21,778 nt of DNA from Gemmatimonadota bacterium (GCA_031372565.1 JANMLN010000086.1:1-21778), one strand, 5' to 3'. Shown: positions 8,091 to 16,971, counted from the first letter of the stretch. Made by a program: numbers and translations. The notes: generated by a model not told the origin, from the letters alone.

Positions 8091-8847
8091 GCGTCCAGTC
8101 GTAGTCGGTCTGGACCGTCTTGAAGTCACCCGACAAGAGCAGCTGCTTCTCCGGCCCGTCGGGGAACCACTTGGCCATGAACTTGGCCGACTCCTTCACG
8201 CTGCCGCCGAAGTCTTCCTTGTAGTAGCCGAAGATCATCGAGTGGTAGAGCGTCCGGTTGGCCACATCCACGCGGTTCTTCGTCGGTGACTTGACGATGA
8301 ACTGCGTGCCCTGATCATCGAGCTGCGCGCCGAGCTTGGCCGCGGTGTAGGCCTCACTGCGAAGCGGCGGGCACCCCATCGCGGCGCACACCAGCGCCAG
8401 GTGGATGCGCGGCTCCTTGTACGTCGGGCGGATGATCTTGTGTTCGATGTCGTCGAGCGTGTAGTCCTTGCCGCCAACCTTGGCGAGCGGCTCGGCCCAC
8501 GGCCCCTTGAGCTTGAGGAAGAGCGTCTTGTTGATGTTGCGGATGCTCTCGGTCTCGTTGTGCGACACGATCAGTTCGATCGTGTAGGCATTGTAGGCGT
8601 TGATCCAGAAGGCCAGCTGCTCATCGCGCGGCATCGCGGCGGGATCGGTCGCCGCGAGCGTCCTGAGGTACCCCTTGAACTCGGGGGCCGCCTTGAACCC
8701 GTCGTAGTTGACCATGCCGTTGACGACGTGCTTGCGCAGCAGGCCGTCGAACGACGAATGATCGAACCCCTGCGCGAGCGCCGATCCGGACACCGTGAGG
8801 GTCATGGCAAGGGCCGCCAACGGGCGGCGCAGCAAGGCGGATGGCAT
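8050..8847 (-). CDS. DUF547 domain exported protein
   Basis: Signal peptide ending in ALA; motifs LAFWINAYNAYTI, TLDDIEHKIIR, EPRIHLALVCAAMGCPPLRSEAY, YDWTLN. AAGGAG RBS before ATG 8847. Confidence 0.9.
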   Translation of the reverse strand: MPSALLRRPLAALAMTLTVSGSALAQGFDHSSFDGLLRKHVVNGMVNYDGFKAAPEFKGYLRTLAATDPAAMPRDEQLAFWINAYNAYTIELIVSHNETESIRNINKTLFLKLKGPWAEPLAKVGGKDYTLDDIEHKIIRPTYKEPRIHLALVCAAMGCPPLRSEAYTAAKLGAQLDDQGTQFIVKSPTKNRVDVANRTLYHSMIFGYYKEDFGGSVKESAKFMAKWFPDGPEKQLLLSGDFKTVQTDYDWTLNSQAKARKVAQR

Positions 8848-8896
8848 GGTCGAAGCTCCTTCAAGATGTGACTGGAACGGGCCGCCGTCGGCACGT

Positions 8897-10435
8897 TCAC
8901 GTGAACAGGCGAAACCAGGTCCGGAAGAGCGACGCCACGGTCGGCGTGAGCCGCGTGCGGTTGTACGAATCGGCGGCCTTGCGCAGCGCCTCACTGACGG
9001 TGGGATACGGATGGATCGTGCGACCAATGGCACCGAGGCCCATGCCGTTGGTCATGCAGAGCGTGATCTCGCCGATCAGGTCGCCCGCGTGCTCGGCCAC
9101 GATCGTCGCACCGACTATACGATCGGATCCCTGTGCCAGATGTACGCGCACGAATCCCTCCTCCTGACCGTCGAGCCGCGCACGGTCGACATCATGGAAC
9201 GGGACCGTGATCGTGTGCACCGCGATCCCGGCCTTCTGCGCGCCCTCGGCGGTCAGCCCCACGTGCGACAGCTCCGGGCTCGTGTACGTCGCCCACGGAA
9301 TCACCAGCTTGCTCCCCTTGGCGCGACCGAAGAACAGCGCGTTCTGCACCACCGCGCGCGCCATGAAGTCCGCCGCGTGCGTGAACTGGTAGCGACTCGC
9401 GCAGTCGCCGATCGCGAACACGGCCGGATTGCTCGTCTGGAACCGGTCGTCCACCGTGACGCCAGCTTTGTCGTACGCGACTCCCGCCTGCTCGAGCCCC
9501 ATCCCCTCGACGTTCGGCGCGCGCCCGATCGCGACCAGCAGCTGGTCGCCCTCGAGCACTTCTTCGCGACCCTCGCGCGTGAGGACCACGCGGAACACCC
9601 CGCCTTCGTGCGTCACCGAGTTGATCGCCGCACTGAACCGGAACTGCACGCCGCTGCGACGCATGCCGGCCTGCACCAGCGCCGCGGCTTCGGCATCCTC
9701 GCGCGGCAACAGCTGCGCGGAGCGATCGACGAGGGTGACGTCGCTGCCGAACCGCGCGAAGCTCTGCGCCATCTCGCACCCGATCGGACCGCCACCGATG
9801 ACGAGCAGCCGCTCCGGCAGCGTGGTCAGATTGAACAGGGTCTCGTTGGTCAGGTACGGCGTGCCGGCGAGACCGGGAATGGGTGGGGCCGCCGCGCGTG
9901 CGCCCGTGGCGATCACCGCGCGACGGAAGCGCAGCGTTTGCCCGCCCACCGTGATCGCATCGCGCGCCGTGAAGGCGCCGTCGCCGAGAAAGACATCCAC
10001 TCCGAGCGTCGCGTAGCGCGGCGCGCCATCGACGACCGAGATGTCCGCGCGAAGCCGCCGCATCCGCTCCATGACGGCGGCAAAGTCCCCCGCACCGCTT
10101 GCAGCCGGGCCCGCGAAATCAGGTGCGGCACGATGCGCCGCTTCCCACGCGCGCGACGGCGCGATGATCCCCTTGCTCGGCACACACCCGACGTTGAGGC
10201 AATCACCGCCCATCATGTGCCGCTCGATGAGCGCCACCTTCGCGCCCAGTCCAGCCGCCGCCGATGCCGTGACCAGCCCGGCCGTGCCCGCGCCGATCAC
10301 GACCACGTGATAGCGCGCCTTGGCCCGCGGATTGGTCCAGCCGGCCGGATGTACGTTCGCCACGAGGCGCCGGTTGTGCGCATCGTCGGGGAGCATCACG
10401 AGGCCAGCATCGTGGCGGGGGGTGGTCATGGGCAT
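8897..10435 (-). CDS. Mercuric-reductase-like / LpdA-like FAD-dependent pyridine nucleotide-disulfide oxidoreductase (not a true MerA)
   Basis: VVIGAGTAG FAD site, redox disulfide GGDCLNVGCVPSK, IGGGPIGCE NAD(P)H site, AIGD, C-terminal HPYPT. No N-terminal metal-binding domain and no C-terminal Cys-Cys. Start is 10435 or 10429. Confidence 0.9.
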   Translation of the reverse strand: MPMTTPRHDAGLVMLPDDAHNRRLVANVHPAGWTNPRAKARYHVVVIGAGTAGLVTASAAAGLGAKVALIERHMMGGDCLNVGCVPSKGIIAPSRAWEAAHRAAPDFAGPAASGAGDFAAVMERMRRLRADISVVDGAPRYATLGVDVFLGDGAFTARDAITVGGQTLRFRRAVIATGARAAAPPIPGLAGTPYLTNETLFNLTTLPERLLVIGGGPIGCEMAQSFARFGSDVTLVDRSAQLLPREDAEAAALVQAGMRRSGVQFRFSAAINSVTHEGGVFRVVLTREGREEVLEGDQLLVAIGRAPNVEGMGLEQAGVAYDKAGVTVDDRFQTSNPAVFAIGDCASRYQFTHAADFMARAVVQNALFFGRAKGSKLVIPWATYTSPELSHVGLTAEGAQKAGIAVHTITVPFHDVDRARLDGQEEGFVRVHLAQGSDRIVGATIVAEHAGDLIGEITLCMTNGMGLGAIGRTIHPYPTVSEALRKAADSYNRTRLTPTVASLFRTWFRLFT

Positions 10436-10447
10436 GGGCAAAGGATG

Positions 10448-11194
10448 CTATGCAGCGGGCGCCGGCGCGCCCTCGGTGGCCTCGCGCAGCGCGCGGCGCG
10501 CCGTTCGGGTGACCAACGCGGTCACGAGGATCGTCGCGGCCAAGCCCAAGCCAAGCACCGCATAGTAGCCGACGTCCTTCGGCGCCTGCGTGCCGCTCGC
10601 GAGGGCCGCCACGTCGCCCGCGAGGCGCCCGTAGTACACAAAGAGCACGGTGCCCGGCAGCATGCCCACCGCCGCCAGCACGTAGTCGGCGAGCTTCACC
10701 TGTGTGAGGCCGAGCGCGTAGTTGAGCAGCGAGAACGGGAAGGCCGGTGAGAGGCGCAGCAGCGTCACGATCCGTCGGCCGTCGGCGCCGATGGCACGGT
10801 CGATCGCGGCAAAGCGCGCGTTGCCCGCCAGTCGTTGCTCCACCCAGCCGCGCGCCGCGTAGCGGGCGATGAGAAACGCCAGGGTTGACCCGATGGTCGC
10901 GCCCACGAAGACGAGCGCGACCCCCTTGACCAGCCCGAAGATCGCCCCCGCGGCCAGCGTGAGCAGTGACCCCGGGATGAACGCCACGCAGGCGATGATG
11001 TACCCCAGCACGAAGACCACGGCCCCCAACGCGCCCAGCCCGTTGATGTACGCGGCAAACTGTGGCACCACGCCGGCCGCCTGTCGTCCCGCAAACACGA
11101 CCCCCACAAGGACGACGGCGATGACGGCTATGCGCCCCCAACGCCGAAGCGGCGAGGGAGGGGTGGCATCGGTGGTGGCGACGGTCGGCGTCAT
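10448..11194 (-). CDS. TVP38/TMEM64 (DedA/VTT domain) membrane protein
   Basis: PGSLLTLAAGAIFG, GSTLAFLIARY, LLRLSPAFPFSLLNYALGLT, GMLPGT motifs; 12 nt upstream of the oxidoreductase, so likely co-transcribed. Confidence 0.92.
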   Translation of the reverse strand: MTPTVATTDATPPSPLRRWGRIAVIAVVLVGVVFAGRQAAGVVPQFAAYINGLGALGAVVFVLGYIIACVAFIPGSLLTLAAGAIFGLVKGVALVFVGATIGSTLAFLIARYAARGWVEQRLAGNARFAAIDRAIGADGRRIVTLLRLSPAFPFSLLNYALGLTQVKLADYVLAAVGMLPGTVLFVYYGRLAGDVAALASGTQAPKDVGYYAVLGLGLAATILVTALVTRTARRALREATEGAPAPAA

Positions 11195-11604
11195 GCGATG
11201 GGTACGAGAAGCCACGCGCGGAGGGACGAAGTGAATACGCCGCCCCCGGCGCGGCGGATTGCGGTCGCGCGGAATGCCGAAGTGATAGCGTCGTACCCCC
11301 GATTCGGTTCACAGCCAACGCACGAGATCGCGCAGCAGCGGCCCGGGCGCGGGCGCCGACCCCAAGGCGTCATCGAATACCTGACGCTCCAGCGGTTGAA
11401 CAGATTTGCTGGCGGGACCTAACGCTTTTTGCTATATATGCTTGGTTCCAAATACTACACAACGCCCGTCCGGTGGTTGGACCCGATGCCGGGTCACACT
11501 GGGTCATGGTTGTCTCAATCGCGTACGACCCGACGGTACGTCCGCACTCCCCGTGCGCTTGGCGTCGCCGCTTGTCGTCGCACCTCCACCAGGCCCTGCT
11601 GCCG

Positions 11605-12234
11605 ATGATTCGCGTCTTCGTCGCGGATGACCACACCATGCTGCGCGATGCCCTCGCGGCGCGCCTCGCGACGATCGCCGACTTCGCCGTCGCCGGTGAG
11701 GCGGGCACCATCGACCAGCTGTTCGAACGGCTCCCCGCTGCGAACGCCAAGGTCCTCCTGCTCGACGTGCGCATGCCCGGTCCGCCGATCGCCGACACAC
11801 TCGGTCGGCTGCGCGCGGAGTTCTCCGAGGTGCAGGTGCTGGTCCTCTCGGGCTATCCGGAGGATGCGTACGCGGCGCGCGTCATGCGCATGGGTGCGTC
11901 CGGCTTCCTCAACAAGGAGCATGCGATCGACCAGCTGGCGGTCGCGATTCGTACCGTGGCCAGCGGCGAACAGTTCGTCACCCCGAGTCAGGCCACCGAC
12001 GTCGCTCGTTCGCTGCAGGCGCCGGGAGCGCTCGCGCAGGAGCTGTCCGAACGCGAGCTCGAAGTGCTGCAGGCGCTCGGCGCCGGCGAATCGCTCAAGG
12101 AGACCGCCGCGCGCCTCGTCATCAGCCCCAAGACGGTCAGCACCTACCGCGCGCGCATCGCCGAAAAGCTTGGTGCCAAGTCCACCGCCGAACTGATCCG
12201 CTACGCGATCGATCGCGGACTGCTGCCCGGGTAG
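11605..12234 (+). CDS. NarL/FixJ (LuxR-type HTH) response regulator
   Basis: MIRVFVADDH, phosphoacceptor LLDVRMP, LSG, GFLNK; C-terminal LSERELEVL...ISPKTVSTYRARIAEKLG. Confidence 0.95.
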   Translation: MIRVFVADDHTMLRDALAARLATIADFAVAGEAGTIDQLFERLPAANAKVLLLDVRMPGPPIADTLGRLRAEFSEVQVLVLSGYPEDAYAARVMRMGASGFLNKEHAIDQLAVAIRTVASGEQFVTPSQATDVARSLQAPGALAQELSERELEVLQALGAGESLKETAARLVISPKTVSTYRARIAEKLGAKSTAELIRYAIDRGLLPG

Positions 12235-12333
12235 CCACGCGCGGCGCGCCGCAGGCGTCAGCGTCGCCGGCACGCGAGCCGCGCTGCACGACGCCCCATT
12301 GCGCGACCGCCACGCCCCGTCCATCCTGCACCC

Positions 12334-12975
12334 ATGAGTCTCATGGATGCCGCCCCCACGCCCGGCGCCGCCGAACTGCTCGGCCTGATCCTCGGCTCGA
12401 GCTTTGCCGCCGGGCTCAACCTGTACGCGACCGTGCTCATCGCCGGCCTCGTGCAGATCGCGGGATGGACCGTGCTCCCGGGCAGCTTGGGACTGTTTGC
12501 GCATCCGGTCGTGCTTGGCGTCGCGGGCGTCCTCTTTCTGCTCGAGTTCCTCGCGGACAAGGTGCCGTTTGTCGACAACGTGTGGGACGCGGTGCACACC
12601 TTCATCCGCCCAACAGCCGCCGCCGCGATCGCGATCGGTGCGCTCGGCGCGGCACCGGACTCGTGGAAGGTGGGCGCGGCGCTGCTGGCGGGCACGGTGG
12701 CGCTCACGAGTCACGGGGCGAAGGCGAGCACCCGCGCGGCTGCCAACGTGAGCCCCGAGCCATTCTCCAACTGGGCGCTCTCCATCGGCGAAGACGTGCT
12801 CGCCGGCGCGCTCACCTGGCTCGCGACCACGCACCCCTACTGGGCCACGGGGGTCGTCGTGGTGCTGTTGGTCGTGGCCGTCGTGCTCGTGCGTGCCATC
12901 GTGCGGCTGGCCAGGAAATGGCTCGTCGATTCGCTCGTCGACGCCGCCGCAGAACCGGGCGCGCCGTCAACGTAG
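12334..12975 (+). CDS. DUF4126 family membrane protein
   Basis: AAGLNLYAT, EFLADKVPFVDNVWDAVHTFIRP, HGAKASTR, SPEPFSNWALSIGED motifs. Confidence 0.88.
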   Translation: MSLMDAAPTPGAAELLGLILGSSFAAGLNLYATVLIAGLVQIAGWTVLPGSLGLFAHPVVLGVAGVLFLLEFLADKVPFVDNVWDAVHTFIRPTAAAAIAIGALGAAPDSWKVGAALLAGTVALTSHGAKASTRAAANVSPEPFSNWALSIGEDVLAGALTWLATTHPYWATGVVVVLLVVAVVLVRAIVRLARKWLVDSLVDAAAEPGAPST

Positions 12976-12985
12976 TGCGCTCGCG

Positions 12986-14056
12986 CTAGAAGTCTTCCCA
13001 GGCGAAGCCCGACGCGATGCGCTCGAGCTTCTTCGTCTTCAGGTCCATGCGCAACACGGTCACGGCCCCCGCGCGCTCGGTCGTCGCGCGCGTGGCCAGT
13101 TCATCGATGCCGTCGCCATCCACGTCATAGGCGCCGAGCAGTTCGTGGGCGCGAAAGCGCAGGTCGCTCACCTTGAGCGGCGTCACCTTGCCCTTGTCGT
13201 CCACGATCACCACGCGCTCGACAAACCACTCGCCTCGATCGTCGCGGAGCATCGCCGCCATGGCGAGACGGCCGAGCGCGCCGAAGCAGCCGAGCACGCG
13301 CGTGCCGCGGGTCATCACCTTCCTCGAGAAGCCGGTGTACGCGGGTCGCGGCGTGTTTCTCACGACCAGATCAAGGGAATCCTTGAGCCACTTCTCGCGC
13401 AGCTTGAGCTCGCTGCTGATCGAGTCGCGCACGCAGGGCTCGACGTCGCTCGCCGGAGCAGCGGTCGCAGCCGCACTCGTCGCGGGCGAGGTCGCGGACA
13501 CGGCAGGCGCCGGAGCAACGGCTGCCCCTTCACGATCCGCGACCGCGGTCAGCTTGTCATCCTTCCTGGCCATCGAGTCGATCGTCGCATTCAGTTCGAG
13601 CGTGGCCACCACGCGCGATGACCAGACGTCGTACCCCGTGATGCGCGTGCGCACGGAGCCGAACTTCCCGTTCAGCACAACTGCCGTACCGATGGGCATG
13701 GGCGGGTGCGAGGCGATCACCTGCCGATACGCACGCGCGCGCGCGCTGTCCTTGCGCACGTCGAGGTCCACCCGGCCGACATCGAGCAGCAGCCGCTTCC
13801 CGCGCGCGGCCGCAACGAAGCGCGACTGACCGGCAGGGGGCCACGTCGTCCGCGCCAGAATCGAGTCGCCCACAACCTCCAGCTTGGTGCCGAGGCGCAG
13901 GCCGTCGGGGCCGAGTGGAACCGGCGCTGGTGCGGGCTTGCTCGACGGCGTCCGCTGGGCCGCGGGCTTGGCGACCGGCTTCGTGGCGCCCTGCGCCGGG
14001 AGCTCGCGCACGACGCTCGCGAGACACCACACGACCAGGAGACGGTGCATCAGCAT
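12986..14056 (-). CDS. Hypothetical secreted protein with an Ala/Pro linker and a C-terminal DVDGDGIDE (FG-GAP/VCBS-like) Ca-binding-type motif
   Basis: C-terminal half of the 725-aa track ORF; signal-like MLMHRLLVVWCLASVVRELPAQ; fills the gap between convergent and divergent neighbours. Start is 14056 or 14050. Confidence 0.72.
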   Translation of the reverse strand: MLMHRLLVVWCLASVVRELPAQGATKPVAKPAAQRTPSSKPAPAPVPLGPDGLRLGTKLEVVGDSILARTTWPPAGQSRFVAAARGKRLLLDVGRVDLDVRKDSARARAYRQVIASHPPMPIGTAVVLNGKFGSVRTRITGYDVWSSRVVATLELNATIDSMARKDDKLTAVADREGAAVAPAPAVSATSPATSAAATAAPASDVEPCVRDSISSELKLREKWLKDSLDLVVRNTPRPAYTGFSRKVMTRGTRVLGCFGALGRLAMAAMLRDDRGEWFVERVVIVDDKGKVTPLKVSDLRFRAHELLGAYDVDGDGIDELATRATTERAGAVTVLRMDLKTKKLERIASGFAWEDF

Positions 14057-14182
14057 GGCTTCAATGCTACTCGCCGAGTGGGCGGGCGTCATCCGCGCTG
14101 GCGGCGCCCGGTGCCATCGGGCGTGCCCCCCGTGCGTATCGGGCTGCCCCGCGCTATCGTATGCTTCCTCGCTTCCTTGCCC

Positions 14183-15136
14183 ATGACCTTTCGCTACGTC
14201 CGCCCCACCAACGCGCCCGACGCTGGCCGCGCCCTCGCTGAACCCGCCGCGGTTCCGCTGGGGGGTGGCACGGACCTGCTTGTCACCATGCGCGAAGGGC
14301 TGGCACAGCCCCACGCGCTGGTCGACCTGCGGCGCGTGCAGGGGAGCGACGCCATCGCGCGCAGCGACGGCAACGCGCTCGTCATCGGTGGCAGCGCTCG
14401 CTTGGCCGACATCGCCGCGCACCCCGACGTGCGCGCGCACTTCGGCGCACTCGCGCAGGCGTGCGAGAGCGTCGGAACAACGCAGCTGCGCGTCATGGGC
14501 ACGCTCGGCGGCAACCTCTGCCAGCGGCCGCGCTGCTGGTACTTCCGGCGCGGCGTCTCCTGCTTCAAGTCGGGCGGCTCGAGCTGTCCAGCCGTACTCG
14601 GCGAGAACCAGTATCTGGGCATCCTGGGCGGCGGTCCCTGTCACGCGCCGCATCCCAGCGATCCCGCCGTCGCACTCACCGCGCTCGAGGCCACGGTCAT
14701 CGTGGCGGGCGCAGCGGGAGAACGGCGTGTGCTCATGTCCGACTTCTACGACGCGACGGATGTGACGCGCGAGACGGTGCTCGCACACGGCGAGTACGTG
14801 CAGGCCGTGGAACTCCCCGCGGGCAGCGCGAGCGCGGTGCAGCGGTACGACAAGCTGATGCAGCGCGCCAGCTGGGACTTCGCCCTGGTCTCGCTCGCGG
14901 CGGTGCGGCGCACGGACGGCGACGTGCGGCTGGTGCTGGGCGGCGTTGCCCCGCGTCCATGGCGCGTGACGTCCAGCATCGAAGAGGACATTGCGAGCGG
15001 TGGCCTCGACGACGAAACGATCGCGGTGCTCGCCGAGCGTGCGTTGTACGATGCTGCGCCGCTGTCGCAGAACGGGTACAAGGTGACGCAGGCGGAAGCC
15101 CTGCTGCGTCGCGCCATCAAGGCGATTGCCCAGTGA
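14183..15136 (+). CDS. Xanthine dehydrogenase family FAD-binding subunit (PaoB/YagS-like, with Cys-rich Fe-S insert)
   Basis: FRYVRP, LGGGTDLL, QLRVMGTLGGNLCQRPRCWYFR...CFKSGGSSC...GPCHAPHPSD, RASWDFALVS, LGGVAPRPWR, PLSQNGYKV. Confidence 0.93.
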   Translation: MTFRYVRPTNAPDAGRALAEPAAVPLGGGTDLLVTMREGLAQPHALVDLRRVQGSDAIARSDGNALVIGGSARLADIAAHPDVRAHFGALAQACESVGTTQLRVMGTLGGNLCQRPRCWYFRRGVSCFKSGGSSCPAVLGENQYLGILGGGPCHAPHPSDPAVALTALEATVIVAGAAGERRVLMSDFYDATDVTRETVLAHGEYVQAVELPAGSASAVQRYDKLMQRASWDFALVSLAAVRRTDGDVRLVLGGVAPRPWRVTSSIEEDIASGGLDDETIAVLAERALYDAAPLSQNGYKVTQAEALLRRAIKAIAQ

Positions 15137-15726
15137 GCGCCACACGCCAGCATCCGTTCGCATGCGCGATCCTCGCGGCGGGCGCCGGCACGCGTTTCGG
15201 CGAGCCCAAGGTGAATGCGCCGTGGTCCGACGGGGTGCGCTTCCTCGATCGTGTCGTGCAACTCGCGCAGTGGACCGGCGCCGACCCGATCATCGCGGTC
15301 GTGCCGCCCGAGACCATGGTGCCGGAGGGAGTTCGCGTCGTGATCAACGCCAACGCGCGCGGCGAACAGATCGCGTCGCTCCGCCTCGCGCTCGCCCAGC
15401 TCACCAACAGTCCGGCAACCGGCGTGCTGGTGTGGCCGGTCGACCATCCCGCAGTGGAGCTCGCGAGCGCACTGGCCGTGCTCGACGCCGCTCGACGGTC
15501 CGATCAACCGATCGTCGTGCCGGTGCATGAGGGCCGTCGCGGGCATCCGGCCTGGTTTGATCGATCGGTCTGGCGCGAGCTGGTGACGGTGCAGGACGGT
15601 GGCGCGCGTGCCGTCGTACAGGCGGACCCGTCGCGCGTGCTCGAGGTGAGCGTGCCGCACGCCGGCGTGAATCGCTACATCGACCCGCGCGACGACTTGG
15701 CGCGTGCGCAGGCGGGGGTGGCGTGA
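15133..15726 (+). CDS. MocA/YgfJ-like nucleotidyltransferase (putative Mo-cofactor cytidylyltransferase)
   Basis: ILAAGAGTRFGEPK, WPVDHP, GRRGHPAWF, GGARAVV; GTG start overlaps the upstream stop (GTGA). Confidence 0.85.
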   Translation: MSATRQHPFACAILAAGAGTRFGEPKVNAPWSDGVRFLDRVVQLAQWTGADPIIAVVPPETMVPEGVRVVINANARGEQIASLRLALAQLTNSPATGVLVWPVDHPAVELASALAVLDAARRSDQPIVVPVHEGRRGHPAWFDRSVWRELVTVQDGGARAVVQADPSRVLEVSVPHAGVNRYIDPRDDLARAQAGVA

Positions 15727-16244
15727 CCGTGAACGGGTTTGCGCATGGCGTCGCGCATCTCATCGAGACCGGCACGACGCTCGCGCATCCGCTCATGACG
15801 CCGGTGGTGCGCATCGGCCGCGATCCGGAGAACGAGGTGCTCGTGCGCGACGCCACCGTGTCGCGACTGCACGCGGAAGTGCGATCGGCGTTTGGTACGC
15901 GCACCCTCACGGTCATGGGATCAACAGGTGCACGCGTCAACGATGAGCGTGTGGAGCGCCCGATGGTGCTCACGAGCGGTGACCTCATCGAGATCGGCAG
16001 CCGACGCTTCACCTACCACGAGGGCGACCTGCCGAACGGCGTGATGTCGTACGTGGGGCATGGCCAGGAGGCGCACGGCGATCCGCTGCTGTCGCGTACC
16101 ACGCAGACCAATCCCGTGATTCGCATGGACGACCTGCCGCCTGCTGCTCCCGTGCGTCGCGGGTTCGACTGGGGCAACGTGGTGATCATCAGCGTCGCCT
16201 TCCTCTTCGGATGCTGCATGTACCTGGGCGGCATGCAGCGCTGA
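15723..16244 (+). CDS. FHA domain protein with C-terminal membrane anchor
   Basis: IGRDPENEV..VSRLHAEV..GSTGARVN..LTSGDLIEIG FHA pattern; hydrophobic tail WGNVVIISVAFLFG; GTGA coupling. Confidence 0.85.
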   Translation: MTVNGFAHGVAHLIETGTTLAHPLMTPVVRIGRDPENEVLVRDATVSRLHAEVRSAFGTRTLTVMGSTGARVNDERVERPMVLTSGDLIEIGSRRFTYHEGDLPNGVMSYVGHGQEAHGDPLLSRTTQTNPVIRMDDLPPAAPVRRGFDWGNVVIISVAFLFGCCMYLGGMQR

Positions 16245-16310
16245 TGGCGTGAGCCGCGCGCGCGTGGTCACGCAGGACCTGCCGCACGACCGCATGTCGC
16301 TGGTGTCGCC

Positions 16311-16862
16311 GTGAGCCGCGTGGCGTCGGACGCACGAGCGCGCGTTGTGGTCGTCACCGGGGCCGAGTCCACCGGCAAGTCCACGCTGGCCCTCGCACTC
16401 TCGCAGTCGCTCGGCGTGTCGCTCGGGCTCGAGTACGCGCGCGCGTATGCGGAGCGCGTGCAGCGGGAGCTCACGCCGGCGGATGTCGAACCCATCGCGC
16501 TCGGGCAGCGAGCGCTGGAAGACGCGGCAATCGCGCACGCCGACGGCGGCATCGTGGTGCTCGATACCGATCTGCTTTCCACGCTGCTGTACACGCGACA
16601 CTACTACGGCGACGCGCACGTGCCGAGCTGGCTGCCGAAGGTGATCGCGTTGCGGACGCCGGCGCTGTACCTGCTGTGCGACACCGACATTCCGTGGACG
16701 CCGGACCCGGTGCGCGATTCGGCCGAGGCGCGCGAGGCGCAGCAGCGGACGTTCGTGGCGAGTGTGGAGGGGAGCGGCGCGATGGTGGTGCGCGTGCGTG
16801 GCGAGGAGTCGGTGCGGTTGGCGACGGCGCGTGCGGCGGTGCGCATGCTGGGTGCCCGCTAG
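16311..16862 (+). CDS. NadR-like (AAA_28) P-loop ATPase/kinase
   Basis: Walker A VVVTGAESTGKSTL, EYARAY, LDTDLLST, YLLCDTDIPWTPDPVRD. Confidence 0.87.
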   Translation: MSRVASDARARVVVVTGAESTGKSTLALALSQSLGVSLGLEYARAYAERVQRELTPADVEPIALGQRALEDAAIAHADGGIVVLDTDLLSTLLYTRHYYGDAHVPSWLPKVIALRTPALYLLCDTDIPWTPDPVRDSAEAREAQQRTFVASVEGSGAMVVRVRGEESVRLATARAAVRMLGAR

Positions 16863-16933
16863 CTGGCGGCACGTGCAGCTAACTCGTTGTATGGCAAACG
16901 AATAGCGCGCACAGCAATTCGCACACGTTTTTG

Positions 16934-16962
16934 TTGACGAAAGGCTCAAGTCCGGCTAGTTT
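16934..16962 (+). promoter_or_regulatory. Putative sigma70 promoter of the suf operon (near-leaderless transcript)
   Basis: TTGACG (16934-16939), 17 nt spacer, TAGTTT (16957-16962); ATG at 16972 with no Shine-Dalgarno sequence. Confidence 0.6.
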
Positions 16963-16971
16963 TCGGGTCTG

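Noticed and set aside
8085..8123. Possible second Sec at the radical SAM end (…PDC-TGA)
   Set aside because: It lies in the antisense overlap with DUF547, readthrough adds only ~10 unremarkable residues, and no convincing SECIS hairpin follows.
8897..10435. Calling the flavoprotein merA (mercury resistance)
   Set aside because: It lacks the C-terminal Cys-Cys and NmerA domain, and there are no merR/merT/merP genes nearby.
11410..11432. Sigma54 promoter (TGGC...TTGC)
   Set aside because: The GG-to-GC spacing is 18 nt rather than the required 10.
12986..15163. 725-aa ORF as a single protein
   Set aside because: Its N-terminal half is antisense to the clear FAD-subunit gene; only the part from ~14056 is plausible.
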